A DNA stretch of 64,000 nt from a virus (IMGVR_UViG_3300005077_000002:64001-128000); one strand, 5' to 3'. Shown: positions 47,887-59,700, counted from the first letter of the stretch. A program made the numbers and translations. Notes: generated by a model not told the origin, from the sequence alone.

Positions 47887-50153
47887 TAGATAAGATACCT
47901 TTTTACGGTTGCGCCTATTCTACCATATATGTCAATACCACGTACAAGAACTTGGTAATTGTTGGATATGGTAAAGTCCGTTGGAAGCATGATTACGCTC
48001 TGACGGGTTTTTTGCATCATTATGCTTGTACTGCCGTACACAGCTATAGATTCCTGGCCGGCCTCGAAATTAAGTATCTCAGTGCTTAACCAAGCTGAAC
48101 TTGGATTTGGGGAATTTGTTGATAGAGGCTGTAAAGTAATTACATATACCAGGGACCCTACATCTTCCTGGGTTACGCTTATAGGCACATACGGAAAACC
48201 ATCGTGCCATACCATTCCGGATTCAAGAACATCAGATGGATCACTCTCACCAACAGCAAGATATACTTTCCAGTTACTGCCATCAGCTACTGGGGGTTCG
48301 TCGGCGTGCACAGTATACGATGTTACATTGGGCTCATCCTTAAAGAATACTTCATATTCCTGAGCATTGGATCCAGTCCATCTAATTTTGGTCGCTGATG
48401 TACCTTTGTTTACATTGGATATAGCCGTAACTGTTGCTGCTCCACCATTAGGTGACTGCAATACTTCCGTGGTTATGCCGGCTGCGCTTAGCACATTGCC
48501 ATGCCGGGCATAGACATAAGCTTGCAAGTAACCGCCAAAAAGTACATTTATGAACTTAGCTGAGTATTCATACAAGCCTTGTTGCCATGTACCACTGCCG
48601 AAATTTACTGCCGGTTTAAATATCTCAGCCCAATAGATGCGAACTGGGTCACCACCAGTTGTTATGCGTTGTTCCAGCTTAACAACCCATGAGTCGGCCA
48701 GCACACCAATTCCCCAGGTGTCTGTGTTTTCCCAGTTGGAATCAGGATCAGGCATACCTAATGTATTATCAATAGTAATCGTACAAGATACACCAGTTAC
48801 AACGGATATGCTGTCAATTAAGTACATATTATCTTGGTAATAGAAATAATCGATTCCAGACCTTAAAGATGCTGGATTGATATTGTATGTGTTAAACACA
48901 TCCTGATTTATAAATAGTTCGAACTGACTGTCACCGATATCCGTAACGGTAATGATGGATCCTGCACCTTTCATGATAACCGGAACATCAACAGTGAGTT
49001 TCTTTTGTAGAGGATCACCATTGTAATAACTTGCATTTACGGTATCACTAAGCTCCGTGATAGTCATTGGAATTTTGTTGTTTTCCATGAAAGGCGCTGC
49101 ATCATTATCATAATCATTATCAATTATTACTTGACCAAAATTCCATATATCAACAACATTGATATATATTTCACGCGTAATTGCTGTGGGGTGATTTGTG
49201 CTCTGCACACTCAAAGTTATTTTGAATTGACCGGCCGTTAATATTCTCGGGCTAAACTGCACGCTGGTATTACCTGAGTGAGATACGTAACTTGCATTGG
49301 CAGTTACGTCTGTAACACCACTGTATACCCGCCATGTTCTGGATGTTATAGAATCACCAGGATTAACCAGAGTCGTATCGATAAATGAAAAACTAGCTCC
49401 GGCGCTGCCGGCTATAGATGACAATGGCAGAATGGTTGTACTTGCAGCGAATTGAACAATTGGATCGTCCACTGCATCGGCACCATCATTTGGTTGCGGA
49501 TATATAACTACAGACGCTGTTCCAGTTTTACTTGAACTAACTCTCCATTCATATCTTATAGATACAACATCTCCGGCAGATGGAGTAGGTGTAATAGTTA
49601 CCGTAGTTGCTCCATTAGCAACAGCGCTATGTGCAATTTCAGCACCATTTAAATAACAATGTACGTCGTCATCCCCGTCACCCATGTTTACGTATACAGG
49701 ATGCTGGAGTGTAAATGTGCGTTCAGTGGTCACCACAGTGAATTCTTCCTGGGCCAGAAATACTGAATCAAATGACGCTGACATTCTGACCTGGACACTG
49801 ATTGGTGTGAATGTGGAATGTGTTAATGCCGGCGGGGTCCATGCAGCATAACTGCCTTTGCCGCTTCCATTAGGAGTTAGGGTTCCACCACCTGCCAGCA
49901 AAGCGTATGATATAGAAACATTCTCTACAGACTCGGGCCAAAAAGTAGCATCTCTGAAATTGACTGCTCCTGGTCTTAATACATTGTCTGTTCCCAGGAT
50001 GGCATAGGGTACTTCCGGATTTAATACAACAGCACCGTCCCATAGTTTGGACAGTACCGCATTGACATCATTAAAAACTCTGTTCAACACCTTCGGCTCA
50101 GCCAGGGTAGCTCCCTGAATATAATGTGCAGCCGGTATAATGGGATTACTCAT
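47886..50153 (-). CDS. Multi-domain virion protein with Ig/PKD-like domains
   Basis: FSFIDTT..PGDSITSRTW (PKD-like), VHCYLNG..PSAGDVVSIRY module and FN3-like IRWTGSNAQEYEVF. Confidence 0.6.
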   Translation of the reverse strand: MSNPIIPAAHYIQGATLAEPKVLNRVFNDVNAVLSKLWDGAVVLNPEVPYAILGTDNVLRPGAVNFRDATFWPESVENVSISYALLAGGGTLTPNGSGKGSYAAWTPPALTHSTFTPISVQVRMSASFDSVFLAQEEFTVVTTERTFTLQHPVYVNMGDGDDDVHCYLNGAEIAHSAVANGATTVTITPTPSAGDVVSIRYEWRVSSSKTGTASVVIYPQPNDGADAVDDPIVQFAASTTILPLSSIAGSAGASFSFIDTTLVNPGDSITSRTWRVYSGVTDVTANASYVSHSGNTSVQFSPRILTAGQFKITLSVQSTNHPTAITREIYINVVDIWNFGQVIIDNDYDNDAAPFMENNKIPMTITELSDTVNASYYNGDPLQKKLTVDVPVIMKGAGSIITVTDIGDSQFELFINQDVFNTYNINPASLRSGIDYFYYQDNMYLIDSISVVTGVSCTITIDNTLGMPDPDSNWENTDTWGIGVLADSWVVKLEQRITTGGDPVRIYWAEIFKPAVNFGSGTWQQGLYEYSAKFINVLFGGYLQAYVYARHGNVLSAAGITTEVLQSPNGGAATVTAISNVNKGTSATKIRWTGSNAQEYEVFFKDEPNVTSYTVHADEPPVADGSNWKVYLAVGESDPSDVLESGMVWHDGFPYVPISVTQEDVGSLVYVITLQPLSTNSPNPSSAWLSTEILNFEAGQESIAVYGSTSIMMQKTRQSVIMLPTDFTISNNYQVLVRGIDIYGRIGATVKRYLI

Positions 50154-52146
50154 AAATAACCTCCAGAGTGGTTTGCTCTGTGATATCGTCTTTTGAGACG
50201 CTTACTGTTAATGTTATAGCACTGCCTGACCCAACGTTGGAAGAAGCTATCTTTACTCTGCCATACAGTGTGCCATCACTATAGGTATGTCCAAGTACGA
50301 CGCGTTGCGTTGATGCGCCATACCCACTGATACCAATTATTTCATTTAATACGGTTCCGCTGGGAGCTGTAACAACTACTTCTGCATCATGTACCCTTGA
50401 TTTGTTTGAGTCCGTAGCAATTACTGAAATGCCGATGATTCCACCGGTGCGTACGGATGATACAGATCCAAATGCTGTTACGGTAGCAAGATTACCTGCT
50501 TCCGCGAACGCTATAAATGTTCTGTTTAAATTATACAAATTGCTATCAAGTACCGGATTACCGGCATCAGCAGCTATATAATCACCTGGAGACAGTTCGA
50601 ATTCAATCCTGTGAACACTTGATCGGTCAGGTTCAACCGTTACATACGTGGCATCAACATCACTACGAAGTGTAAAGTAATTCTCGTCATCAGGAATATC
50701 TGTTGAAGTCGGCGCCTCTGTACGCTTGCGAAGTGTTATTCCAGTTGGTTCATAATATCCATAGTTGGATGGTATGGATATAGAGTGCGTATGTCCACCA
50801 GCAGATTGTACCACCCCGGCTATTATTTCATGGAAATGATCATTTGTTTCATCCGTAACGCCATTGTGCGCAGCAGCATCAACTATATTGTTATAGAACG
50901 TCCACGTATGAGTATGACCGCTGGTGCTGCCCGTAACCTGTTTGACCATCTGTGTCATGATCGGATAATGGTAGGTTCTGGCTACATTTACATTATCACC
51001 GTAATCAAATATCTTTATTCTCTGATCGGACGGGAATGTAATGTAGTTGTTGGCCTGGCCGAAAATAAGTATGTCTGATGCAGCAGCTGTAACTATTACA
51101 GGAGTGCCATATATTGGATGCACATTGCTTTCCAATTCCTCTCCGCCATTAGACAAATATTTAATGGTCAGTGCAACTTCATCCGGTATTGAACCACTGT
51201 AATCAGCAGGATCTATAATTTGAGTATGTTTGTGGGCAAACAAATAATATTCATATCCGTTGAGATAGAAATAGCCTGGCTTTATGATAGGCTGTAAATC
51301 CTGGGTCATGCCCACCATTTTAAGGTCATCAGGTCCGCCGACTCCATTATTATAGTAAGTGGACGATGGCATAAATGTAGACTGATCATAATAACTCGGA
51401 ATAACGTTTAACTTGGTGCCTTCATCAAAATAGAAATTATCCCATTGGAATGAACCCCATGTTCTATGATACAGTGTATTCAATCCCTGAAGAAGTTTGT
51501 AATACTCTGATGATATAGTACCATTTGGTTCTGTATTTAAATCTATAAACTCCTGACTTACCAGTTCATGTATTTCCAACTGATCTGCAGTAGGTGATGC
51601 GGCTGCTGTAACTACAAATTGATCTTGTACGTATGTGCGTTCACCATCAATGAATGTCCAATATTTTACGACGAGATTCGTACCGGTCGCTGACTTTAGC
51701 TGCAAGATTACTCCATAATCGTCGTCATACTCTTTCCATACAATGTATCCATTCGATAAAGCGGAGTCCCAATTACTTTCATCATACTGCGTAAGCTGCA
51801 CACCATCTCGTGTAACAAGCATAGAAAGAAAGTCGCCATTGATATCTCTGCTAGCAGGTCTATATCTGAGCGTGTAGTGCACAGTGTCAGCCACTGTGTA
51901 TGGAGTTAAATTTAGTACAGCACTTATGGCGTTTATCAAACCTTGTTTTGAGGAACTAATAACGTATGAAGTAAGCTGTTGCAATCTAGTTTTAAATGCA
52001 GTATTGGTCTCCCCTGGGAATCTGTGTAGTCCTAATCCATGTTCTGATTTAGGAACAAGTCCAAGCAGTAGACCAAATTCATCCAGAGTATTCCATACAT
52101 CGTGTACGACTAATCCGTTTTCACGAGTATACGTAGTTTCAGACAT
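50146..52146 (-). CDS. Baseplate wedge-like protein with a His-rich insert
   Basis: LDEFGLLLGL...RFPGETNTAFKTRL (wedge/gpI-type signature) and GHTH..DHFH..GHTH. Confidence 0.6.
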   Translation of the reverse strand: MSETTYTRENGLVVHDVWNTLDEFGLLLGLVPKSEHGLGLHRFPGETNTAFKTRLQQLTSYVISSSKQGLINAISAVLNLTPYTVADTVHYTLRYRPASRDINGDFLSMLVTRDGVQLTQYDESNWDSALSNGYIVWKEYDDDYGVILQLKSATGTNLVVKYWTFIDGERTYVQDQFVVTAAASPTADQLEIHELVSQEFIDLNTEPNGTISSEYYKLLQGLNTLYHRTWGSFQWDNFYFDEGTKLNVIPSYYDQSTFMPSSTYYNNGVGGPDDLKMVGMTQDLQPIIKPGYFYLNGYEYYLFAHKHTQIIDPADYSGSIPDEVALTIKYLSNGGEELESNVHPIYGTPVIVTAAASDILIFGQANNYITFPSDQRIKIFDYGDNVNVARTYHYPIMTQMVKQVTGSTSGHTHTWTFYNNIVDAAAHNGVTDETNDHFHEIIAGVVQSAGGHTHSISIPSNYGYYEPTGITLRKRTEAPTSTDIPDDENYFTLRSDVDATYVTVEPDRSSVHRIEFELSPGDYIAADAGNPVLDSNLYNLNRTFIAFAEAGNLATVTAFGSVSSVRTGGIIGISVIATDSNKSRVHDAEVVVTAPSGTVLNEIIGISGYGASTQRVVLGHTYSDGTLYGRVKIASSNVGSGSAITLTVSVSKDDITEQTTLEVIYE

Positions 52147-54236
52147 TAGTCAGCCACCTCTGTAATAAGCTTATCAAGGTCACCGCGTATATATGCGGTC
52201 ATAGTGTCATCTTCGACGATAGGTAGTATGTAGTCAAAATGCATTTTATATTTGTATATAATCGAGTACTGCACCGGCTCAACGTTAAGTTCAGGAGGAT
52301 ATGTTTTTGTAGCATTAACATTTAGATATATTGTATCTTCAGGCCCAATACTTATGGATAAACCCAACTGAGGCAATCCGGTTGCAACAAAATCTATATT
52401 TCTGTTGAACAGATTAACAAAATCCAGGCAACTGGTTCCATAGTCTAGAGCCGATGCTGTTGATATAGTATCAGAATAATCAAGTAGTGAGGTACGCAGC
52501 ACAATAATATAATCATCGTAGATAACCATATCGCGGTAATCCCAAATACCTGCTTCAACAGGATTACCTGAAAAATCTGGTACAAACTGTTTATGGATAT
52601 CAGTGGCATATACACCATTGACGTCCTTTGACGCACCAAGCAGATGTACGTGTTCACGTATGCCGTAAGCTTCTTTGAAATGGATAGCCTGATTAAGTCG
52701 TTCAAGATAGGCTACTACTTGATAAGCCCCGGTCTCAAAGGATAAGTCACTGCTCGGGCGTACGGTAGCAACGAACTCTTCAGCGCAAGTTGCTGTAATC
52801 TGGAATACCTCTGGTACAACAATAGATTCATTGACCAGGGGAGATATATCCGCTTTGGTAAAATAGTAAGCCGTATTATCGTCAGTAAAACTTTCGGTAT
52901 GGTTTTCCACAAGTATAATGTCACTGGTTACGGTTGAATCAATCGTACAGTGATAATAAATATTAACACGCAATTGCTGTCCAGCAAAATCTGTATTAGC
53001 ATAAGCCGTAACCTGATAGGTCTGCAAGTTTACAGCAAAACTAAAATTGCTAGAGATGTCATTATCTGAAGCATCAAAGATTTTGATTCCGGCTGCGGAC
53101 GTATCTACGAATGTAGAGTCTACGACAGGCATTGTTACGGTATAGTTGATAGTAGGATTATTCCATGTACCCTCATAAACTTTGGTTCCTGTAACAACAA
53201 CGTCTATTGTACGGCCGGCTCTGACTTCGAATGGATTTAGTTTAATATAGTAGTATACGGTATCATCAACTTTATAATGCTCGACACCCAAAATTGATAA
53301 TGACTTTGACCGTGTACTACCACTAATAGTATGAGCAATACTTGGATCGGCTACACTACCGCCTGAATAAGTAAACTCATCGTGAACCAGATATTGTACG
53401 GTAAGACCTTTATCTTCAACATACTTGGCAATATCCCATTCAAAGTGCATTGGTTCAATGGCGCGTATACCATTATAAGTAGCATACTGATATTCTGCGA
53501 TGTATCTGCTGCCAGGAGGCTGAACTCCTGTCCAGGTAACTTCATTGCCACTTACAGTGAATGTCAGTATCTCGGTTGCTTCTTTGTCTACTGTTAGATT
53601 AAGTACATCATAAATATGCAGTGTATTTAGAAATGGAGTGTGCAGCAGTACTGCTTTGTTGGAATCATCAAAGATTATTTCTTCATCTTTACCTGCTGTG
53701 TCATAGGATTGTTCTGTAATTCCTGCTGGCGATTGAGATAGTAAATTACCTTCAATATCAATAATATATAAACCGCCATTGATGTCAGCCGGATGAGCCT
53801 TTGTTATGCCAACAAAACCATCGGGCGCACCTGGCACATTTTGCATGTATTTAAGACTTATGAAAAGATCTTTATCATCCAGTACCAATTCACTAACATA
53901 ACTTAAACGGGTTGGTACATTATCTAGTAATTCCAGTTCGCTGTTAACTTTATTCAGCGTGAATCTGATGTCATCAAATTCACCATAGTATGTCATAGCT
54001 CTTACGGGTAAACCACCAACTCTTTTAAGATTTGTTGGAAAGCTGCAATCCATCGTATTTGCTACTGAATTGCGTTTGGTGATATCGATGTATCTGCTTA
54101 ATACTTCACTTTCTGCTCCTATGGGATTAAGCAATTTGAACAACGATCCGGATGGAGCTTGATTAATCCATTCAGGAAGCTTGGCCAACAGTTTGGCTGT
54201 ACGAGCAGAATTATAGGGATTACGTTTTGTCTTCAT
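52146..54236 (-). CDS. Baseplate wedge-associated protein following gpJ
   Basis: Synteny directly after baseplate J; ATG 54236 is 1 nt after the J stop (track start 54266). Confidence 0.55.
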   Translation of the reverse strand: MKTKRNPYNSARTAKLLAKLPEWINQAPSGSLFKLLNPIGAESEVLSRYIDITKRNSVANTMDCSFPTNLKRVGGLPVRAMTYYGEFDDIRFTLNKVNSELELLDNVPTRLSYVSELVLDDKDLFISLKYMQNVPGAPDGFVGITKAHPADINGGLYIIDIEGNLLSQSPAGITEQSYDTAGKDEEIIFDDSNKAVLLHTPFLNTLHIYDVLNLTVDKEATEILTFTVSGNEVTWTGVQPPGSRYIAEYQYATYNGIRAIEPMHFEWDIAKYVEDKGLTVQYLVHDEFTYSGGSVADPSIAHTISGSTRSKSLSILGVEHYKVDDTVYYYIKLNPFEVRAGRTIDVVVTGTKVYEGTWNNPTINYTVTMPVVDSTFVDTSAAGIKIFDASDNDISSNFSFAVNLQTYQVTAYANTDFAGQQLRVNIYYHCTIDSTVTSDIILVENHTESFTDDNTAYYFTKADISPLVNESIVVPEVFQITATCAEEFVATVRPSSDLSFETGAYQVVAYLERLNQAIHFKEAYGIREHVHLLGASKDVNGVYATDIHKQFVPDFSGNPVEAGIWDYRDMVIYDDYIIVLRTSLLDYSDTISTASALDYGTSCLDFVNLFNRNIDFVATGLPQLGLSISIGPEDTIYLNVNATKTYPPELNVEPVQYSIIYKYKMHFDYILPIVEDDTMTAYIRGDLDKLITEVAD

Positions 54237-54237
54237 A

Positions 54238-55464
54238 CTACTGCTGGTCCGGGTCGCATACTTCAACCAAAGCTGTAGCTGTAAACCATTTCTCGTTTAA
54301 CCCGATATGCTGATCAGTATGCATCAAAGTATTGCTGTTAGATATGGATTGTGTAACCACATCATACGATCCAGATTTGATATGTATGATTTCGGAACTC
54401 TTTACATTACTGTGTCTGGAAACCAATGATGCCAGTTTTGATATGGTCAGAGTTTCCCCACGTTTAAGATTATTTATGTAAGATACAATAGACCTTGTGA
54501 TCTCTGTATTTGTAGCTGATCTGAGAGCATTATTGTAATACAGACATTCGAACTTAACGGTAATTCCAATGTAGTCAGGATATCTGACATATGCTTTTAC
54601 ACCAGCAGGTTTTACTCCGTCCACAGCGGCTTGCACGGCTGTTATAATACCTGGACTTATAATGGGTGTGGTTGTGTCTATATAAACTCCAAATGTGCCG
54701 GTACCGAATACGTTGTCTTCCACATAAACATCAGCTACACCAGGAACAGATAATGCGGCTTCTTCAATTGCTGCTTTATTGCCACCAGCAGCTGCGGTAA
54801 ACATGCGGGTTACCCTCGATCGCAGTTGAGCATCAGTCTCCGTGGTTTCACCATTTGATATAGGCAGTATATTAACAACTTCAATGTAGTCAGAAATAGT
54901 ACTAAGCACAGGATGGGTGGCCAAGCTGTGTACTCTCAATTCTCCAGCGTCTGCGTTACTGGCTGTACCTATGGAATAAGAATATACATTTGCAAATACA
55001 GCTTCGGTTATGGAATTACCCTCGGGGTCAACATCTTCACCGAATGTCACATCAGCAGTAGTGTAATATACCTTTGATTTGCCATCTGAAACTTCAGTTC
55101 CGGCCGGTATAACGAGATCTGATTCACCGATAAGTGTAGCCAGGTCTTGTGCAGTTCCTGAATAGCGGCTGCTAACAAAAAACTTAATATTACTTTTTGA
55201 CGTGTCAGCAGGGGCAGCAGATTCACCGCGGTAAACACCAAATGAATTTGCCAGATTATCTAAATCCAAACCGGATGCTGTAGATAATTTTAAACCACTT
55301 AATACAAAATCCATGCTGTTATGCAAGCCAGATATTTCGGAAGCCAGCAAATTTGCAATAGCATGTTCGGGTGTACCTTCAGTTCTTGAATTTATAAGAC
55401 CAGCATTGTCAAAGAAATTTCTGACTGAGTTAAGCACGTCCTGGAATGATCTTTTTAAAAGCAT
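54238..55464 (-). CDS. Baseplate J-like wedge protein
   Basis: ASGLDLDNLA..FGVYR, VIPAGTEV, NGETTETDAQLRSR, SVPGVADVYV..GTGTFGVYI. Confidence 0.92.
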   Translation of the reverse strand: MLLKRSFQDVLNSVRNFFDNAGLINSRTEGTPEHAIANLLASEISGLHNSMDFVLSGLKLSTASGLDLDNLANSFGVYRGESAAPADTSKSNIKFFVSSRYSGTAQDLATLIGESDLVIPAGTEVSDGKSKVYYTTADVTFGEDVDPEGNSITEAVFANVYSYSIGTASNADAGELRVHSLATHPVLSTISDYIEVVNILPISNGETTETDAQLRSRVTRMFTAAAGGNKAAIEEAALSVPGVADVYVEDNVFGTGTFGVYIDTTTPIISPGIITAVQAAVDGVKPAGVKAYVRYPDYIGITVKFECLYYNNALRSATNTEITRSIVSYINNLKRGETLTISKLASLVSRHSNVKSSEIIHIKSGSYDVVTQSISNSNTLMHTDQHIGLNEKWFTATALVEVCDPDQQ

Positions 55465-55487
55465 AATTCGTTGTTCTCCATCAAGCT

Positions 55488-55499
55488 TAGATATGTCAA
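55488..55499 (-). promoter_or_regulatory. Recurrent motif TTGACATATCTA
   Basis: Intergenic, exactly 23 nt before ATG 55464. Confidence 0.6.
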
Positions 55500-55504
55500 C
55501 ATAC

Positions 55505-56023
55505 TTAAGTTTGATCTGCTCTTTGCTTAGCTAATCTGCTCAAATATGGATTGACGTCAGTACCAAGCTCGATGTCAGTAGTACTGATAACCTCATCTTC
55601 AGTATTCAAGAAATCCTTCGCATAAATAATTCTACCATCACCGAATCCAATCAGTAATTCAACACTCTGCTCGCTGTTTGGTCCAGTAATATTTATTATC
55701 AACATGATTTCATCCTGCTCGGATGTTTCAGATACTTTGCAGGACACATAATAAGGCAGAAATGTTGTATTTGAGCTGAAGTAATCGTTTATGGTTTTTT
55801 GTATTAAATTCCTTGTATCTGATGTATTATTCTTGCCGGCAAGGAACTGACGCAGCCCGAATCCTAAAGTTGTAGCTAATTTGTTGGCTGCAGGCTCAGT
55901 CAACAAATGTGTCATAACCATATTTATGATAAGGTTATCTGTATCCAAAGTAACGAACTTACCATCTGATTCAAGCAGATTGCCGCTTTCATCCCAACCC
56001 ATTCCGGTAGTGTATGCTTTCAT
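55505..56023 (-). CDS. gp25/gpW-like baseplate wedge protein
   Basis: Position just before J; LLTEP..TLGFGLRQFL, then a helix and beta-strands, matching the gp25 layout. Confidence 0.7.
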   Translation of the reverse strand: MKAYTTGMGWDESGNLLESDGKFVTLDTDNLIINMVMTHLLTEPAANKLATTLGFGLRQFLAGKNNTSDTRNLIQKTINDYFSSNTTFLPYYVSCKVSETSEQDEIMLIINITGPNSEQSVELLIGFGDGRIIYAKDFLNTEDEVISTTDIELGTDVNPYLSRLAKQRADQT

Positions 56024-56025
56024 AA

Positions 56026-56775
56026 TTATAATTCCGATAGTGATTGTATTATATTACGCAGGCTGTTGAGCTCCAACAGCATGGACCCAAGTTCTATGAA
56101 CTTGTTAAAGTTCGGTAAATGTTTTAATGCACCAGGAAACGTAACCATGGTTTCAGGAATTAAAAATGAAATTGGATTCTGCGCGAAAAGCCCACGTTCA
56201 TCCATTTCACGGTTATGTAATTGACCAGTAAAGTGTGTTCCTTTATTGTCCATAATAATTTCAGATTCCGGACCTTTTAGCAGTGCATCTCCAGAATCTT
56301 CATTGAACACGAGTCCAGTTCGCATTACAGGATCAGAGCTGCGGCGGCCATGGTAAATACGCAGCCTTTCTTGATTATTACGCATGTAATCTGATCCAAG
56401 AGCTGCTGACGTCGATGGATCAACCAGGTGATCGAATTCTATTTTTGGTACCAGGAATGCAATGCTTACTCCAAGGGTATCAGGTATTGAATCTGGAATA
56501 GGTTCATTATCAGGTAGGGCATCAACCTTATTATGCCGTAGCCACAGCACATTGTGCCTAGTAGGATCCGGAAAACAATGTTCATTGTTCATCAGATAAG
56601 CCCAGTATATTTTACTATCATGGCTCACAGCTATTAGGTTACTGCGCGGATTATAGTAATTCTCCGGAATAGCTGATGATGCTATTTGCGCGAACACGGC
56701 AACAGCCACATTGATTTCAGATTGACTATTAGCGATATGTTCTTCTATTTTGCTTGAACGTCTGGATGAGATCAT
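56026..56775 (-). CDS. Putative central spike/baseplate protein
   Basis: Synteny only (between hub and gp25), plus a short beta-repeat segment DALLKGPESEIIMDNKGTHF. Confidence 0.35.
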   Translation of the reverse strand: MISSRRSSKIEEHIANSQSEINVAVAVFAQIASSAIPENYYNPRSNLIAVSHDSKIYWAYLMNNEHCFPDPTRHNVLWLRHNKVDALPDNEPIPDSIPDTLGVSIAFLVPKIEFDHLVDPSTSAALGSDYMRNNQERLRIYHGRRSSDPVMRTGLVFNEDSGDALLKGPESEIIMDNKGTHFTGQLHNREMDERGLFAQNPISFLIPETMVTFPGALKHLPNFNKFIELGSMLLELNSLRNIIQSLSEL

Positions 56776-59700
56776 TCCTGGGCCTCTACCATAAAGTCGT
56801 TAGACGGATTAATAAGATTGTGGAACATACTGATATCCAGGGTGTTGACGACATTCTGAGCTTCTCCAAGCATAAATGAATATACGTCCGTGGACCAAAA
56901 GGCTCCTTCTACACCAGCCAAGTATGGTTTACCATTGTACATTAACGGCACAATAGTTAGCGGCATCCAACCGGCCATGAAACCGGCCCTGGCCAGTGAA
57001 CCAACATATTTTGCTTCAATGAAATCTTTAACAGCACCTCCAGCAAGATAGGCCGCAACAGCCCATGGTCCGCCGCGGGCTGCTAATGTCATATCCCGAC
57101 CAAGTACTTTTAAATTCTTAAACCACTTACCAGTGATTTTTGCTATTGCCCCGACTGATATAGCACCGAACAGATTCTTGGCACCTTTGGCTACTGCTAG
57201 CGTTGTGTCTATACTACCGAAAGCATCCATGTACTGAGTATCCCACACGGAATTAAGATCACGGTTAAAGATTACAGCATTCGGTGTTATCGTGGTCGTA
57301 AATCCTGTTTGTGGATTGAATGAATGCACGACCTGCTCTACTTCTATGGGTCCCCACATCTGGTTTACGTCATCGTACAGATGTATGATATGCCATGGTT
57401 TTATACTCGGATCACCTATTATGGTAAGGGTGCCCTGGTACATTGGCTTAGCCACATTCATGAGTATCTGATTACCTACATTAGTATATACCGGCATTGC
57501 ATTTCTAAAGTCATAGATCTTTTCTTTATTCTTGATTCTGTCGTCTATGGAAGAATTTTTAAGCCAGTGCACGAAAAGATTCATGCGCAGATTCTTCTGG
57601 TAAGACGTATAAGTACGAATGTAATTCGGATCCAGATAGGGATTAAGTTGCGGGGTATACCTGTACATCTTATCTCTACCGGCCACATAAGATGCAGGAT
57701 CAATAGTTGGTGATTCAGGAAACATCATCTCAACTCGGTTAAACATATTGTCAGCAGTAGCTACGATCTGGTTGTCAATAATACTTTCGTAACTGTTTAT
57801 AAAATGATGTTCAACTATAGGCTTGTACAGATTCTCATTGGTTTTTCCACTTAAGCTTGCTTCCTTAAATATTGAATCAAATTCTTTTGATCCCAGAAGA
57901 TTCTCGCGTAAAGTTTGACTATCGCCATACATGTTTTCCTGGTAATTACCAGTTTCAACCTTAGAAGCTATTGTGCCCATATCTTCATATAACCAATTAT
58001 CGTAATTATACGCCAAGGTTAATCCATACAGGAAATCATCATATAATTCACGTGCACCAGTAATATATTTAATATCTCTGATTAATAATTCTGGTACTTG
58101 CCATTTTTCATTGAATTCGAGACTCTGTTCATAATAACTACTAAACTTAAAATTATCCAATGCTCCATTTGGGTATGCTTTCTTTATATGTTCCCAAGGA
58201 TCTATTAATAGCATCGATAATCCTTTAGCATCAGCAAATGGGTAGTATAAGCTTTTAAACATCAGCCATTCTAAGAGATGACCGCCTACTCTCTCTAATC
58301 CTTGACCAATCATATTTCGTAGGATTAAATACAGATTAGATTTAAAATCATCACCTTCAAACAGATCAATCGCCATATCAATAAAGTCCTGACTAGCCCA
58401 GTTTTCTACATTGCGAGATAAGTCGATAACCATTTTGCTTATTAGTTGTTTAAACTTGAAAATGGGAAGATTAACTAGTCTCTTACTATTATCTGTTAGT
58501 AAACTTTCTACTGCCTCAGCACTTAATTTCCTGTACTTTGCCGGTGCCAAAGACAGATCGTCCATACATTTGTAATATCCATCACGCGGACCAAAATACA
58601 GTGTCATTCTAGGCTTGAGACCAAGTCCAAGGTGTACTTCATTATAGGGCAGCGGGCGTACTATAAAATCACCCATTACAGTTGCTATTTCCCATAGCGC
58701 ATCCCATATACTTTGATTAAAAATCTTCCAGGTCACCTGGCCTTTGTCACTGAAAACATTGACCATTTCCTTAGTAGCAAATTTCAATAAGCTGTAATTG
58801 GTTTCATGCTCGACGGACATGTATATGTTATCATATAATGGATTGCCCCATGACATAAGTCCTGAATTGGTTGCACTGGCAGCTGATCTGCCTATGCTGT
58901 TTACGAACTGCTGCAGTGCTTTTTCATCACCGTCCTTGGCTACCCACTTGGCAATAAAATCAAATGTGGTTAACCATGTAGCCCAGTATGCGCGTTCTTG
59001 GTCCAGCGTAGATATCTTATGTGTCTCTATATCGGCCGGTGACCAGCGTCCGAAATGTTTTAATCCTTTCGCACCACTTAGTATGCGCAGTATCACTGAA
59101 CCCATCGTACGCTCAGCACTGGTAGTGGTAAAAGACATGCCTTCCCGGGATATATCAACGGGATTTGTTAATTCAACACCCCAGCTTTGAGCGGTAAGTT
59201 CCATGATCTCACCGGGTACGATTTGAGTAACAGCGCCTGTAAACAATATTGGTAATGTGCTGTTATCCGGACCGTATCCACCACGAATAAGTATAGGGGC
59301 GCCAACTTTGAGCATCATGGATTCCCAATCAATTGGTGTATCCGTGTTTGATACTAAACTCATACCTGCATTGCTGGACAACTTATTCATAAGATTATTT
59401 AGTTTGATGATCGCGGTCTGGGTAGCAGACAGTTTACTGTCTACTATGTCAACAGAGACTATGGCATTATAGTTATAGAAGTCATCCAACAATAGCCATT
59501 CAGCTTTGTCTTCCTTTGCAAAATATATTTTAACTGTAGGAAATGCTTTATACATCGATCCTGAATAACCTTTTGATTTACTTCTTATGATAGTTTCACG
59601 CAGAATACGGCGTTTACCCGCCGAGTCCACATCCGTAAATCCGAGAAAATCAGTAAATGCTGCAGGATCTTCCACATTGCACAGCATGATCATTTCAGTA

